Below are positions 46,091 to 62,800 of a stretch of DNA of 64,000 nt, one piece after another. The DNA is from Antedon mediterranea. Taxonomy: Eukaryota; Animalia; Echinodermata. Under the pieces are notes generated by a model. That model was given only the letters and a program-made list of their open reading frames with translations, was not told the DNA's origin and did no database searches. The translations under genes and the position numbers were made by a program. The stretch covers positions 27,587,648 to 27,651,647 of the forward strand of contig NC_092673.1 of NCBI RefSeq assembly GCF_964355755.1. Direction: 5' to 3'. Every line of letters begins with the position of its first letter. Within the stretch, counting starts at the first letter, position 1.

Positions 46091-49029
46091 TCTAATCTAG
46101 TAAGAGGCCCATCTAAAACAATATAGGCCTACTACTGTAGTATGTAAAAGTATGTATGTATATTTGTAATTGCACACGAAAAATATAGTTCTGTGAGAAG
46201 GTTTGTTCAGAATCTAGAACGATCACACCCGAGACAACCATCGGCAAGGCGGAATAATAACGCCTTCATAATTTACAATTGAAAACAAAATATTTCAGTT
46301 CAACCGTCGAAAGATGAGGGTACATCATTGCTATATTTGCAATTAAAATCCTTTAGTTGTAGCACGTGTGATGTGCGTGTAACAATCATGTTCATGAACT
46401 TTACCTAGTACGTATGATCAATAAACATTTATTCTTGTCAATTAACAACATACATTTATGAAGTTAACCCTAATGACGAATGCAACAATAAGATATGTCT
46501 AACATTAAAAATTAAATGTCTTTCAATTTCTAAGCAAATAGGCCTACGTTGGTTGGAAGACGCCGTGTCAATCCCGGGGGTTCAGCGATGTGGGATGGGT
46601 GTTATAACTTCACCAAGACAACAGTATTGCCTATTTTGACAGAAACCCTCATCCCATGTGCCGATGATACTGACAGCCTTTCCTAACGACATTTCTTTCT
46701 GGCGGTAGCTTTTGGTGATTGGTTATAGGCTATATACTTTGACTGAGCTTCAAGTCAGATAGTAGACGGATTCGAACCGCAACTTGGTGGTTCTTTATAG
46801 TGAGATGATTATTTAGAGACTTAGGTTAAGCAGAGACTTGTAAATTATACAACTCAAGACAAGTTAATATTTAATAAAGGTAAATTTTTAAAGCAATCGC
46901 GACAACCATCGAATCCAAGACCGCATCCATAATCTGTACACAACAGTGTTACTATTGGTCATGGAGCCGCAGGTATAAAATAAAAAGTTATTGATGTTGC
47001 ACCATAGAGATATTAGTGAACAATAATATCCCTATGGTTGCACATGCGCAATTTTAAAGAACTATTCCTATATTTCAATTGTCTTCACTTCATTGCATCA
47101 TGTAAACTATATGATGAAGTTGACAAATAGACAACAATTTATAAAATCTATTCTTCGTGTTTTTTTCATGTTTTTAACTTGATAAAATTAAAACATACTA
47201 GTTAAGACAAATTTTTCATTATTATATGAAGTCTGTTGTTTTTTTGGAGTTCCTAATTTTGTGATATTATTTATATTTTATTTTTATGTTTTGAGGAGCC
47301 TAATTCACTACACAAGCTATGCTTTTATTTAGGCTCCTCCACTTTATAAAGTTATTTATTAGTAAAATGAAATAAAAAAATGAAATGAAAATATTTCTTA
47401 CAAAAAACGCCGCTCGACAGTTTAATTATTGTTTTTACTTCATTATCGTTTTATTGATATTCTATTTAATAATCTAGGACATATTATCTTAAAATGTTGA
47501 TGTATACAGTATTATGATTGGATCAAACCGCAATCAAACACGGAGGTCCGGATCCCCTACATTTTACAGGTGCCTGGTTTTACACAACGGCAAAAACAAA
47601 AATAGAATTTTCCACGATGTGCGAGTCAATCAATAAAAAATATTAATGTTGTCGTAAATTACAATAAAATTATTGACAATTAACACAAATATCTTTTGGT
47701 CGAGTAGGCTACATCAGGGAAGGGTGAAATTCAATTCCCTATTTGTAAAAATGACAATAAATACTGTCGTATCATTAAAGTACTCGTAATATTTTTATGA
47801 TACTCTAGTATTTTATATGATATAGCGCCATCTACTCAGAGATTAGCAAATCGTATCTACATTGTGATCTCTGTATTTATTCTCTTTACTTGAATACCTG
47901 ATTAATATTCATGAGTGAATTCGGACAGCCAATCAGTGATCGATATTTTCTCAACAAGTTTAGCACGAACTGCTCCATTCATGGAAGGACAGCGTCCCTA
48001 ACAATTAAATACAAAAATTGCTAAAACTATGGGAATTATTTTGGTAAGTACGATAGCCAAAAAGATATACTATTTGTAAAATAATTCACACTGTTATACA
48101 TTAGTTGTTCCGTGCAATGAGTATTTATTATTTAATGAAAATGTTATATAAATTAAGACTTTCTCCCGCTAGGCCACCACCAACCTGTTTGAATGAGTTT
48201 ACTGCCAAGTACGTGTTATGTCATGTAAGCCTGTATTGCAGTGCGGCATCGTGTGTTATTTTCTTGATGGTTGAGTGAAGCCAAGCAATAACAGTGACTC
48301 TATAAACTTCTATTATTTTTTTTTTTTTATTTATGGTAACGCTGTCAAATAAAATATAATGCAATATTTATTATGGTAAAAATGGATCAACCTGAATCAT
48401 ACTGGGGAATTATTCAGCATGCTCTAAGTTTCAGGGGGTGGTGGGAATCCGTGGGCCGGTAATAGTAGTTCGACCCAATTGCTTTCAGATTAGATGGGCC
48501 ATATAAATTATTATTAAGCATACTAATCTATGTCCCGTATCGCCTGGTGGTAGAGTTTTATGATAATGTAAGTACATTTTTTAATAACATGCTAAATTTA
48601 ATTTTGAGTTGAGTGGTAAATTTTACATTTTTTTTACGCCGTGGTTAGGATTCCGGCACCGGAACTCAACTGCCCAGCGTTGGGGAATCCGGCACGCGAT
48701 TTTCTTATTATTCTCGATATCACTTTAAACACTTCGGTATAAATCAAGGACTTACGAAAGTTGGAAAAGCTCTCGAAAAAAATCCACAAAAGCAGCAGCT
48801 GATATAAACTACTTTAAAAAAAAAAATTTTTCTTTCTAGAAACGAGTTAAAAAATCATTTTCATAAATTGTACTCTACATAAATAATTTATTTTTTTTTA
48901 AATTTCAGACCAAGCATCCCAGTCATTCAGTGCTATAATAAACAGCTAGTATATTGATGGGCTTCCACTAATCTGATGCATCAACAAAATAGATGCTAAT
49001 AAACTACATAATTATTTGAATCTATCAAA

Positions 49030-52000
49030 ATGAAGAAACCACAGACTTTAATAATACAGCTATGCGAAATGTTTTTTCTACGGAACTATATACGTCATTT
49101 AGTACTTTTAATACTCTTGTCACAAGCATGGCTGCTGTGTTCGGGACAGTTGTCTCTGCAGTCATGTGAAACAACGGACATAAACGGTACAGTGGAATAT
49201 TTCGCGTGTCTTGGAAGCACAGAGGGGTTGGACTTGTTAAGTATAACTTCTTCGGTGGAACCGGAGAATGCTACATGTGGACTAAGCTCTGATCCATTCC
49301 GGAGAACATTTTGCACATTAGTAAGTATAGGAGTTTTTGTGAAACACAAATAAGATGATTTATAGTACTGTACACACCTGTATACAGTACTGTACAAGAG
49401 CAAAAAGCATCCTGTTTAAAATTATGCATTTTGCAAAATCATAAACACCTCCATTAAGGGGATATCTGGATCCAACAAAGTGTCCCATTAACAGAGCTGT
49501 AGGGCTATGTTTCCATATGTGTTTGATCCAAAAAAAATGACTGAGGGTAATAATGTTCAGAGCTACAGTAGAGGTTTCACAACATTAGGCGCTATATAAA
49601 TCCAGGATAGGCAGGGTATTATTATTAGGTGTTTGCTGATATTGAAACATACAGTAAATATGGCCTATCGTTTTTATTTTCTAGTAGGGTCCCCTGAAAA
49701 GGTAGATAATAGGTGTTCCCTGAACAGTGTCTGTAAGGAGATTACTGTATGTACCTGTACTCAATTGAAACACTCCATCCTGATAGGATTCAATATTCCA
49801 ACATTTATTCTGTCATCACAAATGATCATCTGTAGGCCTACAGTAATATCCTTTTGTACAGTAGGCCTACTGTAATATTATGTGTATATTGGAGAGTGTA
49901 TTTCTAAATGTAAATGAATATTTTGTGCTTTTAAATGATTTTTTTAATTTTTTATTTTTCCTAATTATTATTTGTGTAGGGCATACAGTACAGCTGTATG
50001 GATCTTCTTTAACAATAGCTATGATACACACAGCAACAGCTGTCATTCAAAGCATGATGTGTCTCTCAATTGTGTCGTTTCAATATTTAAATTCAAATAA
50101 GATTTTCTTTACTCTTATTAAATCAAAGCTACATATTATTGTATAAGGAAAATTGTGTAATTTAAAGATAATTTTGTACTGTACAGTAGTCAGAAATCTA
50201 GTGTATACTGTAGTACAGTATACAGTAGAGTATACTGTAATTATATTCTATGTGTGAAACAAAATTGGGTTTTTACACTCTTCCTTTTTTACATATATTG
50301 TATCGGGAAAATTCTGTACTTTAAAGATATACTATTGTACTGTAGTAATACATATTGTTTATTACAGTAACATCCTTTATTGAAATAAAATCTTGTAAAA
50401 CTGAGTGTATACATAGTATACAGTGATTATACTGTAATAATTGCATATGTCAAGTTTTTTTATTTTATTTCTGTACATTCTTCTTTTTTTTTACTTTTTA
50501 CATTCATTCATTGTTGGCAAGTTTCTTTATACCAAAATCAATAGATTGAAACTACTACATAGTACAGTGAACAATTTTGATTGTAAATTTAAATGAGGAA
50601 AAATAAATTGTTAATAGTTAATTTATGCATACAATGTAAAAAAACATTTACTAATCAAAAAAATTTACAATAAAACATTTCTGTCATTCATTCAGCAGTA
50701 AAAGAATAACATTTTGTTATTCTTTATCAATAAACATAATTATTACAATAAATAAACATAATTAGTTGAACCTTGCTAAAATTGACATTTGATTTAAATT
50801 TATTTATTTGTTTTGTGTTTAGAATTTAGAATTGGAGTGTTTTGAATGCGATGCTACATCAGAGCAATTATCACATCCACCACACCTAATGTACGATGTT
50901 GAGCCATCTCAAGATGCCAGCCAGAATACATGGTGGCAATCTGTGTCCTGGTATGATTATCCCGCTCCTTTGCACATCAACGTGTCCGTAGAATTTAATC
51001 ACACATACTTTTTAAATAGTGATATAACAATAACGTTCCAATCAGGGCGGCCAAAGATGATGATTCTAGAAAAATCTGCAGACAACGGGTTGTCATGGGA
51101 ACCGTATCAGTACTACGCTCAAGATTGTTCAGACTTTGACATGGTCCCGAAACTGAATACCGAGCTTGAATCTCCGACAGAGGTGATTTGCTCGGAGCAG
51201 TACAGCGGGACGCTACCCTATTCAGATGGTGTAATTGTGTTTCCTCTGCAAACACGATGGGAACTATTAACAGACAGCTTGTTAACGGAAGATATTTACG
51301 AAGCTTACGAATTAAATGAAGAGTTTCAGGAGTTTCAAAGATTAACAGATTTAAAGCTTCGGTTCTTGTATCCGGCAACTGACGGGCTAGAATGGACAGC
51401 TGAGCGTATAACGTTACTCTCGTATTACTATGCTGTTTCCAATATCAACGCATTCGTTTTGTAAGTTTGCTTTACCTCATTATTTTACTGTATTAAGATA
51501 CTTTTAAAGTAATTACGATGTGTGCTGTATTTTTTATAATTCTGGAGCCTGACTAAAAGTACTGTTACAGTACTCATAGTACAATAGTCTCAGATTTTAA
51601 AGTTTTAGAATGAATATTACTAAAGCTCTGTCTACACTATCAAACTAGTTTTGACAAAAAAAGCATGATGTGCCCTGGTAGTCACATCATTGTCACATAA
51701 ATTTTTCTATAGTGTATACAGAGCTTAATATTGAATATTCCAAGTCCTACTCAGGACTTGGAAGGTATAAAATCCAAAACCAGAATTTTTTTTAAAGAAT
51801 GTACGACAGTACAGTTTACCAATGTTTTGTTAATTATTAATTTTCAGCTGTGATTGTAATCTGCATGGTCAATTCTGTGAGGAAGATTCTGACGGAATAG
51901 TATCATGCGTCTGTAACCACAACACTATGGGTTATAACTGCGAGGTTTGTCAACCTCTTTATAACAATCGCCCCTGGCAACGCGGATCATACGTCCCGTA

Positions 52001-55000
52001 TCCTACGGGAACTGCAAACGAATGTGAGAGTAAGTTTGTACAAAAGATTTGTTTGCATACCATACTACCAATTTTTAAATCGGTATTGTACACTTTAGAC
52101 ATGCAGTGGTGTAGTGTACATAACACAGGCCCCTGGTTTAGCACTCCTCAGTGGCCCTTCAACGCTATTGGAGCCCAATTGCTTTGTGGCCCCTTAAGCT
52201 GGGAGCCTCTTGGTTTAGCCAGTGAGTGCTCGATAGCCATACTGCACCACTGTTTAGTTGATCTACTAATATTCTACAGTTCCAAAACTTTGGTTGGCAC
52301 AACATGTCTAGTTTGCTGATTGTTAAAAAATGCTCTAACACTAACAGCAAATAATTTGGAATCTCATCCCCTTTTTGCGGAGAGATTTCAGATGGTCCAT
52401 TTTGGGGGGGTTGACATACTGTACAAAAGACAAATGAAACACTACAGTATGTAGTAAACTTCATTAAATCCTTTCATTCATATTATTTTAGAAACCACCT
52501 TTGTATTACTGTTTAATTCACTTTTGCGATTATACTGTAACTATACCAAACAATCCCCTCTTTGTATTTCCTCATTCCAAAGAGGTTTTCAATGGTCTGG
52601 TGACTATTAGATGTTTTATGTTGCTATGCCTACCAATCTAAACAATGTGGGGATCAGTGCATACAGTTTTATTAGTGCCTACTGTATTATAAAGTATTTT
52701 ATTTCCTCTTGTTGATTTGTTTTTATAAGTACTAAATAAAAATTACAAATCAATGAAAGTACATCGACTACGAAAGAACATGTATTATAAGTTATAATAT
52801 ATTATTCTAAAATGTATAAACCTAATTTCTTCATTTGTTACTCCGTCAAGGAGGTTATATTTACTGTTAAAATGTGTTTGTCATTCTTTTTTGTCTTATG
52901 ATTACAATCCAATAGTAGTATTTGTCTATAAAGCTCTGTCTACACTATCAAACTAATTTAACAAAAAAACAGTGATGTGCCCAAATATGGTAGTGATATG
53001 CCCAAATATGGTAGTGATATGACATCATCATGTCCATATATGGGCACATCAGATTTTTTGTCACATAAAATTTTATAGTGTAGACATAAAAAACATGAAG
53101 TTACCTTTGATTACTGTAACTGACATTTTTATTTGTATGCTTTGGTTTTTTTTCTGTAGCCCACTGAGTGTACTCTATACATTATAGATTTAGTTTTGAG
53201 TGTAGAGATACATATTTTTGGTCATTTTTAGAGTGTAATTGTAACAACCATGCTGATAGCTGCCATTTCAATGAGACTCGTGGACATGGTGTCTGCGAGA
53301 ATTGTTACGATAACGCATTTGGGGAATTCTGTGAGATTTGTGTGGATGGTTATTATCGAAACACATCTACACCAGCATCTGATATCGATTCCTGCATAGG
53401 TATGAATACATAATTTTCATTTATTTTATTTTACATTCAGTGAATGTAGTGAAGTCAGAAACCAACATATTGGACAAAATTGTACGAAAAGTTTACTTGT
53501 ATATAAAATTCTTCATAAATAAACCTCAAATTATCTCACTAGTACTGTAAGACCTGAATATAAACAACATAGCCTTGCATAAAGAGGAATGGAATACTGT
53601 AATCCTGACGCTGATATTCATTTGTCCATGCCCAATCATTTAAAACATGAATTTAAAACACTTATATTTTGTACATAATATTGTTGACAAATTGTACTTT
53701 TTAATAACATTTATGAGATGCTTATTTTAAACCAAAGATTCATAATTACATCTCACTAGTCTTCAGAACGTGAGAACGCCAAAATGTGTTTTTAATCTCG
53801 ATTCATGTTATTGATTGTGAAATTGTTCCTTTATAAACCGTATTTGTTCATCAGACCAGGGCGTTTTCTTTTACCACTGACTAAGTACTTGCTTAATATC
53901 AGTTCTATTGATTAATTAGCAAAAAAACCTAGATATCAAATCTCGGAGTAATTTACACCAAACAGTAAATTAAAATCGTGTTACTGCAGTAATTAATAGA
54001 GTTCATTAACAATGCACAACATGTTTTAGTTTAATTAAATTCTAGCTATACCGTCTGTTTAAACATATTGGCATAAAATTTGAATAATAATTTAAAATAT
54101 ATATTAGCCTGTAAATACAGGGAAAAATATGTTATTCTTTCAATGACATTATTGTATGCTAATGCACATTGTTTAAAGATGTGTTTTCCCCCAAAAACAT
54201 GAAAAATTAAGATTAATTAAACATTTAAAAAAAATAATGTTTTCACCTATAAATTGACAAAATAAATGGTTATTGCGATTTTTTGCTTTAAATTACATTT
54301 TTTCAGGTAAATACATTTTTTTTTTTCGATCCACTTTTTGGTCAAAGTGGATAACTATTATGTTACATTAAAATGGCATATTCAACAAAAATTTTGTTAA
54401 GAATTATTTTTTCAGGGGGACAACATCTTTAAACATTTTCATTTATTTTATTGACTATCACCGTAGTTACAGTATTGTCATATTATAGAACACAAAGAAA
54501 ACAAATAAAACACAGAACAAAAACAAAATGTAAATGTTTACAGAAAAATCAAAGGAAAAAAAAACGTTTTGAAAAGATTTTGGAAAGATTTTTTCACAGT
54601 AGATGTTTGACCAAACAATACCAAATTTGATATTCATCGATCTCGAATGCCTATTTTAAAAACAGTAGAATCCCTTCTATTCAGGAAGTACCCATATTAA
54701 AGGGACACATTGTTGAAGTAAAGAAGAAAAACAGTGTAAACCTAATAGAAAATACTGCATAATGTGAAATAGAAAAGTTGAGAAAATAAAAGTTTGTAAA
54801 CAATAATCTTGCTGTATTGTAAGTAGTTAAATTATTTTAATTAGAAATTTATATTTATTCATTAACTTGTTTATATTGTTATACCCTGTACACATATTTG
54901 TTTGAATATTGTTTTGAAAAAAATGTATAATAAATATTGTTAATTTTAATTCACTTGCTAAAATAAGATTTAATTCAGGGCGTTTCCAAATGTAGTCCCT

Positions 55001-58000
55001 GTGGTCAGATGACTAAACAATGCCTTTTGATGTATTAATTATCAATATTCAATCACCATAGCAACGATTTAACTGTCATTTTCATTGTTAAAATATTTGA
55101 ATTGTAAGACCCAGGTGTGAGGTTGTGATTCGACCAGCTGGCATGACTAACCACAGCTCATTAACATATTAAGCAACGCCTAATCAATATACTATATCAA
55201 TAACCTATAATAATACCTGTTCTCAGTGTGACTCAATAATACTGCAAAACTGTTATTAGAATGAGTCATGTTGTATTTATTGTTCTATTGTTTGGGCAAC
55301 GTTTACTTGTGAAAATCATTTTTGTTTTAGGGTTGAGTATGTGAAATTCACATGTCAGACCTGTTATTATTTAGTTTAATAGGTGAATAATTTTGGAAAG
55401 TCAATCTATTTAGTAACAATCAGGCCTATTAATAATAACAATAAGCGGCGACATAATATTAATGGAATATTTGGCAAGATAAAAAAAAGTACATCAAACT
55501 AGAAGCAAGTGATAGGCATGTGCTTAACAGAATAACTCTCTCGTCAACAGCAATAACATACAATATACTGTACATAGAAAGTACTAAAACATTTTGGACT
55601 TTTTAAAGTAATAATGACAAATCTCTATTATTTTCTTATTACTGTATTAAATAACTAATAATTTTCATTTGTGTGGCTCCTTTATGCTACACTAAACCCC
55701 AAATCGTCTTAATATTTAGTGCACTGGACTTATGGTTTATAGTTCTTAATAATAAAATAAATATGAGAAGACTCGTTATACCACCAGAATCATGGAGTGA
55801 GTGAGTGACCCCTTTCCAATAATATTATGGCTATGGATTACGGTTTGTCTTAACTGGTCGTCCACTTACTAGAGCCTTTTAGCTGTCTTAACATGTATCC
55901 ATCATTGCCCGTGCAATATACTGTACAATTTAAAAACTGTTTCTTGATAAATATTAAACATGTTATTTTACAGAGTGTGGCTGTGAAGTACTTGGAATTC
56001 AAGTCAACCAAACGTCTTGTGCTCAATACCCTGAAGGCAATAAACCAATTGGTCAATGCACGTGCAAACACATGGTAACAGGGCGCTCATGCAGTGACTG
56101 TATACCTGGCTTCTTTGGTCTTGTCTTAGAACCGAACCCTGGAACTTGTAAAAGTAAGTTTTGATTTTGATCATCAACTCAAAGTTTATTTGTGATAAGC
56201 AGTCACTTTCATTTGGTATATTAAAAAATACACAGGTTTATTTTTCCATTTTTTTTCTTCATTTTTTTCAGTCTGTGTATGTAATTTGATTGGTACTCAG
56301 TTTTCTAGCAGCATATGTGCACAGGACGGACAGTGTCCATGTAAGACGGGTACAGGTGGTATAGAATGTAACATTTGTAAAGATGGATTTCACACATATC
56401 CACTTTTATATACAGAGGTAATATTTCATATGTGTCATATGTTTCACATGTGATATCTTTATTCAAGCCCATAAGTTTACCGTAACATAATACAGGCATC
56501 ATACTGTACATACAGTGCATATGTGATACTGTATTACAGAATTTGCCTACAGTATGATACTGCACATTTAATGTGTAATGTTCAGAATCAGAAAACTAAA
56601 TATTTTTGGTATATTCTATTCAGGACTGCATTCCATGTGGCTGTGACTATGGAGGTGCCATTTCACAAGTTTGCGATAAAGAGACCGGTAGATGTAGCTG
56701 CCGGTCAGGGTTAAGAGGTGACCAGTGCAATGAGATCACTCCCTCAACATACTTTGAACATTTGGACTGGAACACATACGATGCCTGGGAAGCAGAGTCC
56801 ACATGTGAGCAATGGTCGGATCTCCCTGCGGACGCATTCACCGGTAAAGGATTCCGGCGTTGTCGAATGGATCAAGATCTGATCTTCACAAACGTAATGG
56901 GGTTTACATCTTTGCCATTTGATGAGACGTGAGTTTCTGTTTATTTAAAATATTTACATAGCTTTGTTTATTAATGAGAGATTTATGGTGTCACAGTCAT
57001 GTTAGTTCTAATTCTTTCCAAAAGTAAATTTACAGACGTAGAAAATTCAAGACACAAAAACATTTTAATTTATTTTATTCCGTAAGTATATTTCATAATA
57101 TATATTGATGCCAGTTACAGTATAAACTTGTTCACTTGACTTAGGGTTTGGTATCTTGTATTGCGGTATACTTACATATCTGCGATGCCATGGAGAACCA
57201 CCGAACTTATTGTGTCAGTTGGAGGAGACAGTCTAACTACAACGGGTGATCCATGTCCGATTGCAGCACTCACCGTCATCAATACTATTGACATAGTTCT
57301 TGAGCCTGGTGAGAGAATAGCTTGGATGGGAAACATAACCGTGGATTCCTTGTTGATGGACCGTCGATGTCGCTATGTTGTGTCACTTTACTTTGGTGAT
57401 TCAGGCCCGGGAAGTGAAACCATTGATATAGATGAGTTGGTGTTACTTCCAGAGCCTGAACAGTTTTTCGTCTACCAAGGAGCAGGTAAGATAATGCAAC
57501 TATAAAAACTATTCTACTGCATTTGCTGCAGTAACTACATTTGTTTACTGCAATGATGTGTGATTATAGTTTGTTTTAATGTAGTCAGTCACTGCAGTAA
57601 TTACACAATAAAGTGTGTTAAATATTTACAAAAACAGATTTTATATGTAGTTACTACATTAACTGTAGTAGAATCATTTCTTTTCATGGCCCTTTAATAA
57701 GCTCTGTCTACACTATGAAACTAGTGTGATGTGCCCAAATATGGTAGTGATATGGCCAAATATGGTAGCGATATGACATCAATTCATGTCCATATAATGT
57801 GTTTTTGTCACATAAGTTTGTAGACAGGGCTTAAGACCATGAATCATATAATTGTTTCAGATTATAAAAAAAAATTTTTACATTGAATATTATGATGAGA
57901 ACCTGCTATAAAATACTCAATGTATTCTAGATGAATTGTATTCCGTCCAGTATATCAAGGCCAAATTTTAACCAGCCTCTAAATAAACACTTGAGACCTT

Positions 58001-59849
58001 CCAAAAAAATGATATTTACTCTCATTTGTAAAATGCATCTATTTATGAGTTCTAAGAAAGCAAATTGCATATGCATAATACAATTACCTTATTATTATAT
58101 GTATATTATGTTTATGAGTCTGTTTCTTTGTATTTATTGTGTATAACAAGTATAAAGCGAAGTGTTATATCTACACCTAATTAAATTTGAAATGTCTTCC
58201 TCTGATTGGTTAGATTCTGATGTGCAAGAGCAGTACTTTCAGTGCTTGTATGACATCGCTGAATTGGTGACACGGCAACAAGCTATTGATAATTGTGAAA
58301 GCTTTGCATTTTCGGTATCGACAGAGCTTAATGATGGCGTATTAGGTGAGATATTTTACCTTTAAAATCAATAGTTATATACTGTATAATAATATTTGAA
58401 TACGTGGCATTATAAGTTCATATTAAACACGTTTTTTAAACTAAGAAAATCAATTCTGCTTATATAATCAATAGTTATTTACTGTAAAATATTGCAAGTG
58501 TATGGTGCGGAAAAGTTAATGTAAAACAACTTATGTCTTGGCCATTTTAAAACAGCTATACTATATTTTTAAATATTGAGTGGCCTGGAGTTATTGCTTG
58601 GTGGTTAAGGTGCTCGCCTACTGATCCAAAAGTCCTGGGTACAAATCCTGTCAGATGCCAAGATTTTTTCTCATGACCAAGTATAACTCCACTCGCAAAG
58701 ACTCCCACATTTGTAATCGCTTATGGCTATCCTTGGAAACATGTCTAAATTGAGAATAAAATATAATAAATGAATAAAACAACCTACAATAATAGTTGTA
58801 TTTTAACTAACAACCTATGATTTTTTTCAGCTTGTAATTGTGACTTCATTGGTTCTCAGCTCAGTTTGTGTTCTACCTATGGAGGACAGTGCATTTGTAA
58901 GGCAGGGGTCGGAGGTCGTAGATGCGACCAATGTCTACCCGGCTTTTATAACTTTGGACTCACTGGGTGCATTCGTAAGTAGTTAACAGTAGTTAACAAT
59001 TATACTACAAACAAATTTATTTAACTTTGTTTCCGTTTTCAGAGTGCTATATAGTTCCAACTTTGTCGCGTGGCAGGAGTCACAGTTGACCTATTTTAAA
59101 ATAGCTTTGTGATTTTTATTTCCAGCCTGTAACTGCAATGCGACTGGTTCCGCATCATTAGCATGTGACTTCATTGACGGCCAGTGTCCATGCTATGAGG
59201 GTGTCGCTCGTTTCGGTGACTTAAGCACACGGAATGTAACGGATGACCTCCAGTGTCACGGATGTTTAAACTATTACTATGGCTACGATACCGGTGTTGG
59301 CTGTTTACCTTGCAATTGCAATGAAAATGGTGTTGATAATTTGCAGTGTGATCAGTACGGCATGTGTATTTGTAAATCAACGGTTGGAGGCTACAAGTGC
59401 GACAGTTGTCTTATTGGATTTTACAACTTTAGTGCAATTGGTTGCTTGTGAGTTTTAATTTCTCTATTGATTTTGTAGTGGAGCTGTAGTGGTGGTTAAC
59501 ATGCTTCCAATTCTAATGTTCTGGGTCCAATCCTGACCTACAGTCAGGGTTCAATCCTGCTCGCCAATGATGAGGGTTGCAACTGACTGTTCAGATTACT
59601 CCACTCCCTAAGCCTCAAATAAGACTTACTTTATAAGCACGATAAATTATAGTTAACATAACATAACATAACATAAATCTCTTTATTCATCTCATAAACA
59701 AACAAAAACAAGTGAGGAGTAAAACATGTTTTAAACGATGAAAGGGACCTCCAAGAAACCCAAAGGGGCTTGTGATAGGAAGCCCACTAAAACTAGTTAC
59801 ATTAATTAAGATACCTTAAAAAGAATTTTTTTTAAATAGATAAAATTAA

Positions 59850-59880
<31 letters not shown>

Positions 59881-62800
59881 GGCGAGTTTCTCAAAACAGT
59901 AGTATCAGGCTTACTATTAGTTTTTCCAACACTACCACCTAATAGTATAGGTCTTTTGCCAAGAAACAATTTAATTCTAAATATTCATCTACATTATGTA
60001 TTTGTATTACTAAAATAGGGAATGCCTTTGTGATGAGATAGGTGCTGTTGGCTTTGCATGTGACCCTATGTCCGGCCTTTGTACTTGCAAAACGTACACA
60101 GTTGGCGACAAATGTGACCAGTGTCAAGAGGGATATTTTAATCTAGATTTGAAGCACGAGGGCGGTTGTCAGAAGTGTTTCTGTTTTGAACATGGAAGTG
60201 AATGCTCATCTGCTGCTGGATTCGTTGCTGCTACTCTTACGTCAGAATTTACGGACATGAAGTGAGTTTTTTTTAATTTTATATTTTTACAAGTTTTTGT
60301 AACTTCCAGAAAAATGTCTATGTTGAGCACCATACAGAAGGGTCTGTTTTCGAAGAGTTCATTTTATTTGTCCATACAGACAAGAGCGTAAATTTTCCAC
60401 GTTTGTCTGTATCACCAACCAATCAATCTTAAGTTTGATAATATTTAATAAAAATATATTTAATTTTGTTAGCCCTGTCTGCGGAATAGAGTTTTCTGAT
60501 ACTCACAGCATTGTCATTTTTTTAGTGGTTATTTTATTTGTATCTTCATTGAGATCCAGCCAATGATACCCACAGCATTGTCATTTTTTTCGGTGCTTAT
60601 TTTATTTTGTATCTTCATTGAGATCCAGCCACTGATACCCACAGCATTGTCATTTTTTCAGTGCTTATTTTTTTTTTTATCTCCATTGAGAACCAGCCAC
60701 TGATACCAACATCATCATATTTTTTTTATTAATTTGGATTTATTTCTATGTACTTGTGTATTTGATGTTTTTCAGCCTTGATGGTTGGGTAGCCAGTGAT
60801 TCAACTGCTTTGAACCCTGACCTCGATGGCCTTCGTATATCACATCCGCCGGGACAATCAGCCTACACTTATGTCTACCTCATAGCACCTGAAAAATACA
60901 CTGGTTTTCAGCTAAGCTCCTACGGAAACACCATTACCTACTCCATGAAGCTGGACCTTGGGCCACCTGAAGAATTCATAGACAACAGGTATCTAGTGAT
61001 TCAAGGTGGTCCTGGCAACTACCCTTTGTTTTACATAAGGGATCAGTTTCTGCCAACGGAAGACCGAATGGTTTTTCAAGCTATCCTACGGGAAGAATAC
61101 TGGACATCTGACGGTAGTTCAAATCCCACTACAACAGAGTTCCAAGGTGAGTTTCTACTACTCAACATCCGCTATCTTTGTAATAGGATACGCTACATGA
61201 TTTGCTTTGGTTTTATTTGTGTTCATTTGTATATACACTACTAGTAACTGCTCTCATCATATTTTGGCTATTTTCAAGCAAGGTAATTTTTACAGATATA
61301 GATCATTCATTGGGTAATTGCCACCACACAGTCATTTGCCTATTCACTTCAATTCAATTTATTCTGGATTTTACAATGCAAACAATAACACATACATCAC
61401 ACATGCTAGACCCGGGGGACTCCAACAGAAAACTGAACACATACATCACACATGCTAGACCCGGGGGACTCCAACAGAAAACTCGATCGCTTTCGATTCT
61501 ATTACAACATTTTTAATTATTTCTTTACAGCCGTATTAGCCCAGTTGACCAGCTTACAAATACGTGTAACCTTTGGCCTGAACACGGTGAGCACTCTGTA
61601 TGATTTCAGTATGCAAACAGCAGCCATAGTTGAAGAGGGTGGTACTCCTGTTACTTACGTTGAAGAGTGTGTCTGCGATACACCTACACTCACTGGTGGT
61701 ATGTCTGTATTGTTTTATTTATTAATTATATATTTATTCGGTAGATGATTGATGTAGGCCTGTAAATAGCCAGCATTTAGGACCCTTTTTGCTCATGTTT
61801 GATCTGAGAGGCTCATTTGAGAATGTTTAATGTTTGTGTGTGTGGGTCTATATACACTATTTATAGCACTATACATGCATTTTGATGGAACAAAATTTTG
61901 TGAGACTACAGTTTATCTATACACTACATACATCACTAAACTGTTAATTTAAGTGTAATATCACATACTCAAACCAGTCCCGTTTGTGCCTAATAATCAC
62001 TAGTATACTAATACAATTCTGTGCATATATTTATAGGATTATCTTGCGAAACATGTGTTGCGCTTAACCAAAGAGAAAACCTGACGCTTGTGGCAGTCGG
62101 AGGCGATGACCCATACTACACGTGTGTGCCATGCGATTGTAATGACAGATCAACGGATTGTGACCCTCTTACCGGTATCTGTACGGAGTGTCGACTGGGA
62201 ACCGCAGGCGATTATTGCCAATCATGTGCAGAGTTTGTTCAGGAATCTGCCTGCGAGGAATGTATAAAGGATCATTATGGATTTGGAACTACTTTATTTG
62301 AAGGTGCTTGTGCAGGTAATAAGGCAAAAAGTAGTTCTACATACCTACCAAAAATAGAGTCTTGAAATCAACTAAAACTGATTTTCTCAATTTAGTTTTC
62401 TCTTTTTTAAATAATTGTTGTCAATATTTCTATGATTTACAAAGACATTGCTTAAGCTCTGCCTCCACTATCAAACTTCATGTGCCCATATATGGACATG
62501 ATGATGTCATATCACTACCATATTTGGGAACATCACACTTTTTTTTCAAACTAGTAATGTTTGATAGTGTAGACAGAGCTTTAAATTTGTTAATGACAAT
62601 AAAACAATTCATTATAATCTTTCATTTGACAGATTGTGCATGTAACGTAACAGGCACTGGTGGGATCACTGCCTGTGAAAACATTGACGGTCAGTGTCCC
62701 TGCACGGGCAACTATGGAGGCCTGAAATGTAGTAGATGTACTTATAATTACTACAACTATGGGGCAGGCTGTGTTCGTAAGTAAAAATAATTGATATCTG

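Noticed and set aside
50823-53399. Stand-alone netrin or netrin-G gene
   Set aside because: The reading frame continues in phase through many more LE repeats, two domain-IV inserts and a coiled coil, which indicates a laminin chain.
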